Part shown: piece after piece, positions 55,503 through 64,000 of the stretch | How the letters are laid out: the number at the start of each line of letters is the position of its first letter | Numbering within the stretch: position 1 is the stretch's first letter | DNA from: Armatimonadota bacterium | Lineage (GTDB): Bacteria > Armatimonadota > Zipacnadia > Zipacnadales > UBA5352 | Length of the DNA: 64,000 nucleotides | Direction of reading: 5' to 3' | NCBI GenBank assembly: GCA_034722055.1 | Contig: JAYENL010000038.1 | Span: 23,677 to 87,676, forward strand | Notes under the pieces: model-generated | The model's input: the letters and a program-made list of their open reading frames with translations, nothing else | Told to the model about the DNA's origin: nothing | The model's database searches: none | Position numbers and translations under genes: made by a program

Positions 55503-57464
55503 ATGGCCCGTGATGTGCTGACGCAGACACCCACGCAAGCCCGGCGCCGCCCCGCGGTGACCACCAGGGCGCTGGTGGTGGGCGCGGTGCTGATCCCCTT
55601 CAACGTCTACTGGGTCATGACGGTAGAGGGCATCTGGCACACGGGCCACCCGAGTGTCATGGCCCTCCCCTGGGGCGTGGTCTTCAACATCATCGTGCTT
55701 CTGCTGATCAACGCCCTGATCCGCCTCGTGCGGCCCCGCTGGGCCTTCACGCAGGCTGAGCTGGTCACCATCTACGTCATGGTCTGCATCGCGGTGATGC
55801 TCTCGGGCCACGACACTCTCCAGCTCGGGGTCCCGAACCTCAGCCACGCCGCGTGGTACGCCACGGAGGCCAACGATTGGGAGAACCTCATCCAGCCGTA
55901 CCTGCCGGAGTTTGCCACGGTCAACGATCTCAGCGTGCTGGAGCCGTTCTACGAGGGCCACGAGACGCTCTACCGGCCCGGCCGCGTCATGGCCTGGCTG
56001 TGGCCCGTGCTGTGGTGGGTGGCGGTCATCCTGGGCGTGGGCCTGGTCATGGTTGGCATCTGCGTGCTGCTCCGGCGGCAGTGGACGGAGCGCGAGAAGC
56101 TGGGCTACCCCATCGTGCAGCTTCCGCTGGCGATGACCGAGGATGGCGGCAGCCGCCGGTTCTTCGCCGACCGGGTGCTGTGGCTCGGCATCCTGCTGGC
56201 CGCCGGACTCGACCTCTACAACGGGCTGCACTACTTCTGGCCGGTGCTGCCCGTCGTGGATGTGAGGCACAACGGCAGCCACTACATCGACACCCGCCCG
56301 TGGGGGCTGCCGTGGAGCGCCATGGGCCGCATTCCGATTCCCCTCTATCCCTTCCTGATCGCGCTCGGCTTCATGATCCCGCTGGATCTGTGCTTCTCGA
56401 TGTGGTTCTTCTACCTGTTCCGGAAGCTGCAGCAGGCGGGGGTGGCGGCCATCTCCGTGCCCATGATGCCCGGGCTGCCCTATCTGACGGCCCAGTCCTT
56501 CGGCGCCTGGTTCGCCCTCTTCGCCTACGCCATGTGGATGGGGCGGCGCTTCCTGTCCGAGCTGTGGGAGAACATCAGGCAGTGGACCATCTCGGACAAG
56601 GTCGCGGCCGGCGACCCAATGAGCTACCGTGCGGCGCTCATGGCCATCATCGCCGGGCTGTCCTTCCTGGTGTTCTTCTGCATGCGGGCCGGGATGACGT
56701 TCGCGGCCGTGGCGCCGTTTCTGATCTTCGTCATCGTCATCCACACCGCGCTCACCCGCGTCCGCGCGGAGCTGGGGCCGCCAGCGCACGAGATGGCGGG
56801 CAACATGAACGCCGCGCACCTGGAGCTGATCTTCGCGGGCAGCCGGAATCTCGGCCCGCACAACCTGGTGATGTTCCCGCTCTTCTGGTGGCTGACCGGC
56901 CGCGGCTACCGGACCACGCCCATGCCGGTGCAGCTTGAGGGCTTCAAGATGGCCGAGGTCTCCGGGGCCGAGCCGCGGCGGCTGGCAGTCGGCATGGCCC
57001 TGGCCTTCCTGCTGGGCGGCTTCTTCAGCTACTGGGCGGCGATCCATCTCACCTACCTGCACGGGAACTCGCCCCTCATCGGACACAACCGCGGACAGTG
57101 GAATCAGCTCGCCTCCTGGCTCACCTATCCCAGGGACCCAAGCTGGCAGCGCATGACCTTCATCGCCGTCGGCGGGCTGTTCACATGGGGGATGATGTGG
57201 ATGCGGCTGCAGTTCTTGTGGTGGCCGCTGCACCCGGCGGGGTACGCTCTTGGCATGGTCTTCGGAGTGGAGTACTTCTGGAGCTGCCTGCTGATCGCGT
57301 GGGCGGTCAAGTGGGCGATTCTGCACTGGGGCGGCCAGCGGAACTATCAGCGCTTCGTCCCATTCGTCTACGGTGTGATCATCGGGGAGTACACCGTGGG
57401 GGCCTTCTGGAGCGCTATGAGCGTCATCCTCCAGCGCCCCCTCTACGACTTCTCGCCGGGATAG
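55503..57464 (+). CDS. DUF6785/DUF6784 family polytopic membrane protein (paralog of 20011-21987)
   Basis: VTTRALVVG, RRQWTEREKLGYPIVQLPL, WWPLHPAGY, GVIIGE. Confidence 0.7.
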   Translation: MARDVLTQTPTQARRRPAVTTRALVVGAVLIPFNVYWVMTVEGIWHTGHPSVMALPWGVVFNIIVLLLINALIRLVRPRWAFTQAELVTIYVMVCIAVMLSGHDTLQLGVPNLSHAAWYATEANDWENLIQPYLPEFATVNDLSVLEPFYEGHETLYRPGRVMAWLWPVLWWVAVILGVGLVMVGICVLLRRQWTEREKLGYPIVQLPLAMTEDGGSRRFFADRVLWLGILLAAGLDLYNGLHYFWPVLPVVDVRHNGSHYIDTRPWGLPWSAMGRIPIPLYPFLIALGFMIPLDLCFSMWFFYLFRKLQQAGVAAISVPMMPGLPYLTAQSFGAWFALFAYAMWMGRRFLSELWENIRQWTISDKVAAGDPMSYRAALMAIIAGLSFLVFFCMRAGMTFAAVAPFLIFVIVIHTALTRVRAELGPPAHEMAGNMNAAHLELIFAGSRNLGPHNLVMFPLFWWLTGRGYRTTPMPVQLEGFKMAEVSGAEPRRLAVGMALAFLLGGFFSYWAAIHLTYLHGNSPLIGHNRGQWNQLASWLTYPRDPSWQRMTFIAVGGLFTWGMMWMRLQFLWWPLHPAGYALGMVFGVEYFWSCLLIAWAVKWAILHWGGQRNYQRFVPFVYGVIIGEYTVGAFWSAMSVILQRPLYDFSPG

Positions 57465-57587
57465 AGTCCATCCGGCGTCCGATCGAAACGGCTCTGTCCG
57501 GCGTGCCCTGCGAGGCGCACGGGGGCGGCCACCTTCGGCCGCGCGTCCTGCCCACACTGCGAATTCACAGCCCGGCCCCGGCTCGCG

Positions 57588-57616
57588 TTGCATCCACGGC
57601 ACGTTTGTGATAGTAT
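57588..57616 (+). promoter_or_regulatory. Sigma70-type promoter, probably giving a leaderless nadD mRNA
   Basis: TTGCAT (57588-57593), 17 bp, TGa-TAGTAT (57611-57616), then 7 nt to ATG 57624 with no SD. Confidence 0.6.
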
Positions 57617-57623
57617 CCCTGCA

Positions 57624-58286
57624 ATGGGCATCGACGAGATAAACCGGTCGAGGCGGCTCGCCGTCATGGGCGGGACCTTCGACCCCATACACTATGTGCA
57701 TCTGCTCATTGCCGAGGACGTCCGGGAGCGTTTCGAGCTGCCGCACGTCCTCTTCATGCCCTCAGGCAATCCACCCCACAAGCGGGACTACGAGGTCACC
57801 CCGGCCGAGGATCGCTACGTGATGGCCCTGCTGGCCACCGCCGGCAATCCGCACTTCTCCGTCTCCCGCCTGGAGATCGAGCGCCCCGGCCCCTCGTACA
57901 CCATCGACACCATCCGCCAGCTCAAGGCGGAGCTGGGCGACGGGGCGCAGATCCTCTTCGTGACCGGGGCCGATGCGGTGCTGGAGATTCTCACCTGGCA
58001 CCAACCGGACGCCATCCTGGAGGAGGCCCGGCTGGTGGCGGTGCCCAGGCCGGGCTTCGACCTGGAGCAGCTCGATGAAACGCTGGGGGCTGCACGCGCG
58101 TCAAAGGTAACGGTCATCGACGCTCCGCTGGCGGACATCTCCTCCACCATGATCCGTCGGCGCGTCGGCGCGGGCGAGTCCATCCGCTACCTGACGCCGC
58201 GGGCGGTCATCGACTACATCGAGAAGAGGCGGCTCTACCGGGCGCGCGTCCTGGAGCGCGAGTCCATGGACGAAACGACAGCATGA
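57624..58286 (+). CDS. nadD: Nicotinate-nucleotide adenylyltransferase
   Basis: GGTFDPIHYVH, PPHK, SYTIDT, GADA, ISSTMIR; upstream of rsfS. Confidence 0.93.
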   Translation: MGIDEINRSRRLAVMGGTFDPIHYVHLLIAEDVRERFELPHVLFMPSGNPPHKRDYEVTPAEDRYVMALLATAGNPHFSVSRLEIERPGPSYTIDTIRQLKAELGDGAQILFVTGADAVLEILTWHQPDAILEEARLVAVPRPGFDLEQLDETLGAARASKVTVIDAPLADISSTMIRRRVGAGESIRYLTPRAVIDYIEKRRLYRARVLERESMDETTA

Positions 58287-59554
58287 GAGCATTCCTGGAC
58301 TACCTCATATACGTGTGCGCGTTCTGCGTGATCGGTGTCGGGGCCCTGGGGGCCTGGGACGCCGTGTCGCATCAGCCGCCGGTGCTGCTGACCGGGGGCG
58401 CGGGCGAGGCGGTGGAGGATGCCACCTCGGTATTGCCCGAGCCCTTCCCGGGCCGCAACAAGATCACGGTGCTGATCGTGGGGGCCGACGAGCGGCCGGA
58501 GCTGGGGGACAAGGGACGCTCGGACACCATGATCCTGCTGTTCGTGAACCCGCGCACGAACCAGGCGGCGATGCTGTCGATTCCGCGTGACCTCTACGTC
58601 CGCATCCCCGGCCACGGCAGGGACCGCATCAACCACGCCTTCTACTTCGGCGGCGTGGACCTGATCAGGGAGACCGTGGAGGACGAGTTCGAGGTGGATA
58701 TCGACTACTGGGCGAAGGTGAATCTGGCCAACTTCGTTGAGATCGTGGACTCCCTCGGCGGCGTGGAGATCGACGTCCCGGACGTCGAGGGTCGGGGGCG
58801 AGGCATGAACTACGATGACGAAGGCGGCAAGCTGCACATCCACCTCAAGCCCGGCCGCCAGCACCTCGACGGCGAGCAGGCCATGGGCTTCGTACGCTAC
58901 CGCAAGAGCAACACGCCCGGGCTCGGCGACGGCGACTTCAAGCGCTCCGAGCGCCAGCACCAGTTCCTCAAGGCCATGGCGGAGCAGAAGCTGAAGCTGC
59001 GGAATGTGCCGCAACTGATGAGGCTGCCGCTGAAGATCCTCGAGGCCGTTGATACGAACATGAGCTGGCGGGAGGCCGTGGACATGGCGCGGGCGATCCG
59101 CAAGGTGCGGCCCGACTGCCTCATGTCCGCCAGTCTGCAGCCCTATCTCAGATCGCTGCGTGTGAGAGACATGGCGCTGGTGGACATCAGCGACTCCGAC
59201 ATCAACAGGGTCCTCAGCGAGATCAACCAGCATCTGCGGTCGATCCCCGGACAGATCAATCTGGTCGAGGTGCTCAACGGCTCCGGCGAGACGGGCGCGG
59301 CGGCCACCGTGGGCGAGGTGCTGTCGGAGGCGGGCTTTGAGATCATCGACACCGCCAACGCTGACAGCTTCGACCATCAGCGGACGCTGATCTACCACCC
59401 CGATGACGGCCTCAGCGCCGCCCGCCGCGCGCAGAGGACGCTGGGGGCCGGCGAGCTGGTGGAGATCGACGAGAGCGCCGGCTACAGCCCCGATCGGATC
59501 ACCATCATCGTGGGCTCCGACGTGGCGATCACCACCATGCAAACGGCGGGGTAG
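58283..59554 (+). CDS. LCP (LytR-CpsA-Psr) family protein with LytR_C domain
   Basis: N-terminal TM; GRSDTMIL, SIPRDL, RINHA, FVRYR, D..RSERQ; VEVLNGSG. Confidence 0.92.
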   Translation: MRAFLDYLIYVCAFCVIGVGALGAWDAVSHQPPVLLTGGAGEAVEDATSVLPEPFPGRNKITVLIVGADERPELGDKGRSDTMILLFVNPRTNQAAMLSIPRDLYVRIPGHGRDRINHAFYFGGVDLIRETVEDEFEVDIDYWAKVNLANFVEIVDSLGGVEIDVPDVEGRGRGMNYDDEGGKLHIHLKPGRQHLDGEQAMGFVRYRKSNTPGLGDGDFKRSERQHQFLKAMAEQKLKLRNVPQLMRLPLKILEAVDTNMSWREAVDMARAIRKVRPDCLMSASLQPYLRSLRVRDMALVDISDSDINRVLSEINQHLRSIPGQINLVEVLNGSGETGAAATVGEVLSEAGFEIIDTANADSFDHQRTLIYHPDDGLSAARRAQRTLGAGELVEIDESAGYSPDRITIIVGSDVAITTMQTAG

Positions 59555-59590
59555 TCGCATCAGCTTTCATGTCAAGGGAGGCGCAGCGTA

Positions 59591-59965
59591 TTGGAGCTTG
59601 AGCCGAAGGAGAAGGCCCTGCGTGTCGCGGAGGCTGCCGATGACAGACGTGCACAGAACCTGACCATCCTGGACATGCGCGGGCTGATGACCATCTGCGA
59701 CTACTTCGTCATCTGCAACGGCCGCTCCAGGCTTCACGTCAACGCCATCTCCGAGGAGATCGACGAACAGATGGGGGCCATGGGAGTGGAGCCTCAGCAC
59801 ATCGAGGGCATCCCGGACTCAAGCTGGGTCATCCTTGACTACCTTGACGTTGTGGTACACGTCTTCGAGCCGGAGGCCCGCCGCTTCTACAACCTCGAGG
59901 GCCTCTGGGGCGACGCCGCGCGGGTGGAGGTGCCCGCCCGCGAGGGCAGCGGCACCCAAGGGTAG
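59591..59965 (+). CDS. rsfS: Ribosome silencing factor
   Basis: DYFVICNG, WVILDYLDVVVHVF, R.FYNLEGLW; TTG start after GGGAGG. Confidence 0.95.
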   Translation: MELEPKEKALRVAEAADDRRAQNLTILDMRGLMTICDYFVICNGRSRLHVNAISEEIDEQMGAMGVEPQHIEGIPDSSWVILDYLDVVVHVFEPEARRFYNLEGLWGDAARVEVPAREGSGTQG

Positions 59966-59979
59966 GGAAGGCCACCGCC

Positions 59980-60717
59980 ATGCGGCCCGATGACGCCGAC
60001 GAGCTGGAGGAGATGCAGCGCCAGCACGAGCTGGGCCGGCTGGTCAGCCGCACCAAGCGGGCCATCGACATGGGGCGCCTCCAGCAAGCCCAGCAGTTCG
60101 CCCACCAGGCCGCGGAGCTGGCCCCCGACACCACCACCGTCGAGGAGCTGCTGGGCGACCTCGCCATGGCCAAGCGGGAGTATACCGCCGCCCGCGATCA
60201 CTACCAGCGGGCGCTGGAGATCGAGCCCATCAACGCGGACGCAGAGGAGAAGCTCGGCGAGGCCGTCCTGCACATCCAGGAGGGCTCCCGGCTGCGCCAG
60301 CGGATGGAGGAGGCCGTCGATCACCCCGAGGAGTACAAGGGCTTCCGCCGCAACCCCGTGCTGGCCGCCTTCTACTCCGTGATCCCCGGCCTCGGCCAGC
60401 TCTACAACCACGAGTACGAGAAGGGCCTGGCCATGGCCGGCGTGGCCATGCTGCTGCTGGCCTGGATCCTCTCCAAGCTGCTCACCTACTTCGGCGTCAA
60501 CCTCATTGCCACCCGCGCAACGAACCCCCAGCTCGAGCGTGAGGCCGCCCGGCAGGTGGTGGAGGGCTACGGCCCGCTGACCTGGACGCTGATCGTGCTC
60601 GCCATCGCCGCCTATCTCGCCATCTGGATCTACAGCATCGTGGACGCCTACCGCGTGTGCACCGAGCAGGCCCGCGAGGCCGACGAGCTGGGCGTCGAGC
60701 TCGAGCCCGAACGGTAG
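59980..60717 (+). CDS. TPR-containing membrane protein
   Basis: TPR ELLGDLAM...YQRALEIEP; SVIPGLGQLYN and WIYSIVDAY TM motifs. Confidence 0.7.
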   Translation: MRPDDADELEEMQRQHELGRLVSRTKRAIDMGRLQQAQQFAHQAAELAPDTTTVEELLGDLAMAKREYTAARDHYQRALEIEPINADAEEKLGEAVLHIQEGSRLRQRMEEAVDHPEEYKGFRRNPVLAAFYSVIPGLGQLYNHEYEKGLAMAGVAMLLLAWILSKLLTYFGVNLIATRATNPQLEREAARQVVEGYGPLTWTLIVLAIAAYLAIWIYSIVDAYRVCTEQAREADELGVELEPER

Positions 60718-60940
60718 CCGATCTCTCCCCGATGGGCCCGCGCCCCACAGCGGGAGCTGCGCCGGCGGGGCGGGGAGCTTGCATAGATCACCGGCGCGCG
60801 GGGCTCGGCATGGGAGGTGCAGGGGCCGACGACTGAAGGCAGTCTTCCCTTCATCGCCTGGTGTGACGGGCAACCTCCCCCTCAAGCTCAGCGGCCGGAC
60901 GGCCCCTTGTGCGCAGGCCGGGCAAGCAGAGCGCTCAGGA

Positions 60941-62053
60941 TCATCCCACGGTGCTATCCGTCATTCGCTCCGGCCTGAGAATGAACATGCCTCCCTCTTC
61001 GTCGAAGAAGATGCCGCGGCCGATGATGTCGCCGCGGTTGTTGACGGCCCGCGCCACCACAAGCTCCCAGCTTGACATAGGGTCGATGCAATCGTTGAGG
61101 TCCATGGCCTGATCGCCTATCCACAGCACGGCTCGCGGTCCACTCCCGACGGCGGCCCCGACGATCCAGCCCTTGTCGCTGATGTCACACGCCCAATAGA
61201 TACACGCGCCAGCGGGTCGTGGCAGCTCGCGCATCCCGGTCTCGCTGCTGTACGCGAAGGCCCGAAGCCGACCGTCATCGCGAGCGAATGCGCGGCCAAC
61301 GACCATTCCGGCATCATTGATCGCAACGGCGCGGCTGACGCCCGCGGACGGAGGCGCCACCCAGGTCATCGCATAGCTCCCGTCGGCCTGAGGCTCCCAT
61401 ACGCAGGCCCTCTCCATCGGGCCCGAGCCGACGTAGCCTGCGACCTGACCCATGTCGTTGATGTCCTTGGCGCGGCCTGGCGACGCGCCCAAGCTTACAG
61501 CCGCCCCGCCCCGGTCCCACACCGCCGGCTCCCATGTGCCGTCGGCAAGCCTGATGGCGCCCACGACCTGTCCGAGATTGTTCATGCCACACACGTCACA
61601 CCTGGAGTCCGCCATGCTGGTGCGCAGCTCCAGATCGACGCTCTCTCCGTCGGGATCACACAGCAACCCCCTGCAGACGAACTCGCCCACGGGATCTGTC
61701 GCGAGGCACGCAACGCGACCGGCCGCATCCACGGCCACGCCGCGAGAGGTCCCGGCGCCGGGGATGCCGAGATCGACGATCCGGCCGTCATTCCAGATGA
61801 CCGCTCGCTGTTGCCCCTGCTGGCTCGCGGACCCGGTGGCTCGGCCGGCGTCGTTGATGTCGCTGACGGCGATCCACCCGCCGTCAAGACCCATCAGACC
61901 GCTGACAACGAAGCTCACCTGAGGGGCGCCGCTGGATTGGGCTGCCGCGCCGAACCCCAGCGACGGCACTTTACCGCAGACAGCGACCATCACTCCGCAC
62001 AGCGAGATCGCAAGCACGCTCGCCAACGCCGCCCTGCGCACCAGTGCCGTCAT
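60941..62053 (-). CDS. Secreted HAF-repeat (DUF3466-like) beta-propeller protein
   Basis: Repeated A.xIND.G.V.G...RA..W blades; terminal ARAVNNRGDIIG. Confidence 0.75.
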   Translation of the reverse strand: MTALVRRAALASVLAISLCGVMVAVCGKVPSLGFGAAAQSSGAPQVSFVVSGLMGLDGGWIAVSDINDAGRATGSASQQGQQRAVIWNDGRIVDLGIPGAGTSRGVAVDAAGRVACLATDPVGEFVCRGLLCDPDGESVDLELRTSMADSRCDVCGMNNLGQVVGAIRLADGTWEPAVWDRGGAAVSLGASPGRAKDINDMGQVAGYVGSGPMERACVWEPQADGSYAMTWVAPPSAGVSRAVAINDAGMVVGRAFARDDGRLRAFAYSSETGMRELPRPAGACIYWACDISDKGWIVGAAVGSGPRAVLWIGDQAMDLNDCIDPMSSWELVVARAVNNRGDIIGRGIFFDEEGGMFILRPERMTDSTVG

Positions 62054-62058
62054 CCGCG

Positions 62059-62739
62059 CTACCTCCCATTCTCCGCTTCCTGCCGCCCGGAAGCCCGGCC
62101 TCGACGTTCCCCTCTGGCCCTCGGCCGGAACTGCATCAGCTCATCCTTGCTGACCCGCCCGTCTTCGTCCGCGTCCGCCCTCATCACGCGGTCCGCCAGC
62201 TCCTCCGGCAGCTCCTCCCGCGTCAGGAGCTCGTCACCGTTACTGTCGTACTGCTCGAAGAGGCGCTGGCCGCGGCGCCCGCCTCGCCGCTCTCGGAATC
62301 CAGCGCCCTCTCCAGCCAGCCCCTGCGGCCCCTCCCGGACAGCCCGCCTCTCGTCCGGCCCGCCAGGCGGAGCGTCCTCCACGGGCGTCGCCCGCTGTGT
62401 CTCTCCGGCGCGACTCGGGGCAGGCGGCTGCGCAGACGTCTCCTCCACCTCTCGAGTCCGCGGTGCCGGCGGCCTCTCCACTGGCGCCGCCTGCTGGGCT
62501 GCGGGCTCTGATTCAGGTGTGCCGGCCTCCGCAGCCGCTTGGCCCTCAGGCTCCTCGACCTGTGGCTCATCGCCTCCCGGCGCCATGTCAGCCGACGGTG
62601 CGTCCACGCCCGGGACCTCGTTCCCGGGGCCGACGGCCGGCTTCGTGCACCCCGAGATTGCCAGGCAGACAACCACAGCGGCGGTGACGGCGGCGAAGTA
62701 TACCCTCACGACGACTGCTCCTCGCTCCTGCCTCGTCAT
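62059..62739 (-). CDS. EF-hand lipoprotein with Pro/Glu/Ala-rich linker
   Basis: Lipobox ISGC; DSNGDELLTREE and DADEDGRVSKDE. ATG 62739 after GGAGGGAG; alternative GTG 62709. Confidence 0.7.
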   Translation of the reverse strand: MTRQERGAVVVRVYFAAVTAAVVVCLAISGCTKPAVGPGNEVPGVDAPSADMAPGGDEPQVEEPEGQAAAEAGTPESEPAAQQAAPVERPPAPRTREVEETSAQPPAPSRAGETQRATPVEDAPPGGPDERRAVREGPQGLAGEGAGFRERRGGRRGQRLFEQYDSNGDELLTREELPEELADRVMRADADEDGRVSKDELMQFRPRARGERRGRASGRQEAENGR

Positions 62740-62764
62740 CTCGCTCCCTCCTGCGACGACCTTC

Positions 62765-62801
62765 TCTCCGCAATGGTTCGGTTGCGGAGACAACCTTTTT
62801 T
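62765..62801 (+). terminator. Terminator-like hairpin with T tract
   Basis: TCTCCGCAA-tggttcgg-TTGCGGAGA then caaccTTTTTT; no plus-strand gene ends nearby. Confidence 0.3.
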
Positions 62802-63100
62802 GCTCTGCTATTCGGCAAGGACGGAGCACGGGCGCAGCAGATTCCATGTTCTTCCCGTACGCCGGGGTCCGTGCGAGGAAATTGCCGCCGGGAGGCCTGC
62901 GACGGCCCGGGGCGGGGGCGGTCTGTCCGCCGCCCGGATGTCCCGCGGCCGCGATGCAGGTGCTCGTCAGGGGCCGGAGAAGGCCTATCGGCGCAGCAGG
63001 CCGACCGGCCCTGGTGGCCGGTGTGCCGGAAGCTGGAGTGGAGCGACAGGAGGCCAGGCCGGCCTGATGCGTTCTGGGGGCCGGGTCAGGAGGCATGGTC

Positions 63101-64000
63101 ATGCGTGTGAGGACACTTCTGCGCGTGTTGGTGGTGGCTATCGCTGTTGCGGGGTGTGACGCTATGGTGGAGCCACAGGACATCGATCCCGGCTTCGAGC
63201 CCGAGCTTGTGGACGTCAGCTTCACATCGCGCCAGATCCGCCCCGGCGACCAGTTCGCCATGACCATCCGCTTCCGCAACGGCGGCGAGCGTCCGGCGAG
63301 GGCGGACTACATGGTCTTCGTGCACTTCGAGGCCCCGGAGGCGAGCTGCGAGGACATCGTCTTTCAGGCCGACCACCCGCCGACCGTTCCCACCTCCATG
63401 TGGCAGCCCGGCGAGGTCATCACCGAGGGTCCCCATGTCCTCCGCGCGCCCGAGGACCGGCCGGAGCAGCAGTACTTCGTCCATATCGGCGTCTACGACC
63501 ATCTGGAGACCGGCGAGCGCCTGCTGGAGACCTATGAGGGCGGGAAGATCGCGGTGACCAGCGACGCGCCGCCGTCCGAGAGCATGGCCCCCGAGCCGCT
63601 GCCGGACGTCGAGGTGGCGCGGCGGCGAGAGGCCATGCGCCAGCGGGTATCCGCGGACGCGGCGGCCTCCCTCGAGACCGAGGACTGGCGCTTTCTGCTC
63701 GACCCGGACACGACCGCGTGGCTGCTGGAGGACAGGCGCACCGGCGTGGTCTGGGCGTCGCGGCCGGATGCGGCGCGCTTCGGCCAGATCCTGCTGCGCA
63801 GCGGCGAGCGCAGCTTCCAGTATCACATTGTCGGCTTCGAGGAGGTCAGCGAGGAGCCGGGCGCCCTGCGTCTTACGGTGCGTCCGAGGGCCTACGGCGA
63901 GCCGACCGGCGTCACGGTCACCTTCACGGTGGAGCCCGTGGCCGACCCCGGCGGCCTGCGCATCAGCTACGCCTCAGAGGAGGAGGGCCAGTGGCGGGTC
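63101..64000 (+). CDS. Lipoprotein with N-terminal Ig-like domain, possibly DUF5696-like; 3' truncated and absent from the ORF track
   Basis: Own translation MRVRTLLRVLVVAIAVAGCDAMVEPQ...YMVFVHFE...WQPGEVI...IGVYD...LEDRRTGVVWAS...; AGGAGG 7 nt upstream; open to the window end. Confidence 0.7.
   Translation, partial: MRVRTLLRVLVVAIAVAGCDAMVEPQDIDPGFEPELVDVSFTSRQIRPGDQFAMTIRFRNGGERPARADYMVFVHFEAPEASCEDIVFQADHPPTVPTSMWQPGEVITEGPHVLRAPEDRPEQQYFVHIGVYDHLETGERLLETYEGGKIAVTSDAPPSESMAPEPLPDVEVARRREAMRQRVSADAAASLETEDWRFLLDPDTTAWLLEDRRTGVVWASRPDAARFGQILLRSGERSFQYHIVGFEEVSEEPGALRLTVRPRAYGEPTGVTVTFTVEPVADPGGLRISYASEEEGQWRV

Noticed and set aside
62740..63279. N-terminal extension of the EF-hand ORF (406 aa) and the antisense ORF 63086-63826
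   Set aside because: They overlap the better-supported plus-strand lipoprotein starting at 63101; the signal peptide places the EF-hand start at 62739 or 62709.

Overview
High-GC (roughly 70% by eye), gene-dense bacterial chromosome segment with about 40 CDS. I saw no rRNA, tRNA, CRISPR array or transposase. An outer-membrane porin, two DUF6785-type membrane proteins, very large secreted modular glycan enzymes and the nadD-LCP-rsfS order suggest a diderm glycan degrader such as Armatimonadota; this is inference only. Main blocks: (1) 1-25.4 kb, giant secreted CAZyme-like proteins plus a DUF6785 transporter; (2) 25.8-31.3 kb, minus-strand operon of an Xis-type HTH/thioredoxin fusion, a Ssu/Tau-type ABC importer, a porin and a UroD/MtaA-family enzyme; (3) 31.7-37.5 kb, hydrolases; (4) 37.6-48.8 kb, the best candidate for an undescribed system: an operon matching the lower sulfoglycolytic transketolase (sulfo-TK) pathway (Fe-ADH, split transketolase, atypical RpiB, TauE), facing a divergent operon (metal-site-degenerate M24 hydrolase, deacetylase, ASRT, GH20-like protein) that may replace the usual sulfoquinovosidase/isomerase steps; (5) 52-55 kb, sulfotransferase-deacetylase-GT4 cassette; (6) 57.6-60.7 kb, nadD-LCP-rsfS-TPR; (7) secreted proteins and lipoproteins at the right end. 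Intergenic regions carry GCTGATA-type heptamer arrays and several REP-like palindromes. All family calls come from motif recognition by eye, not database searches.
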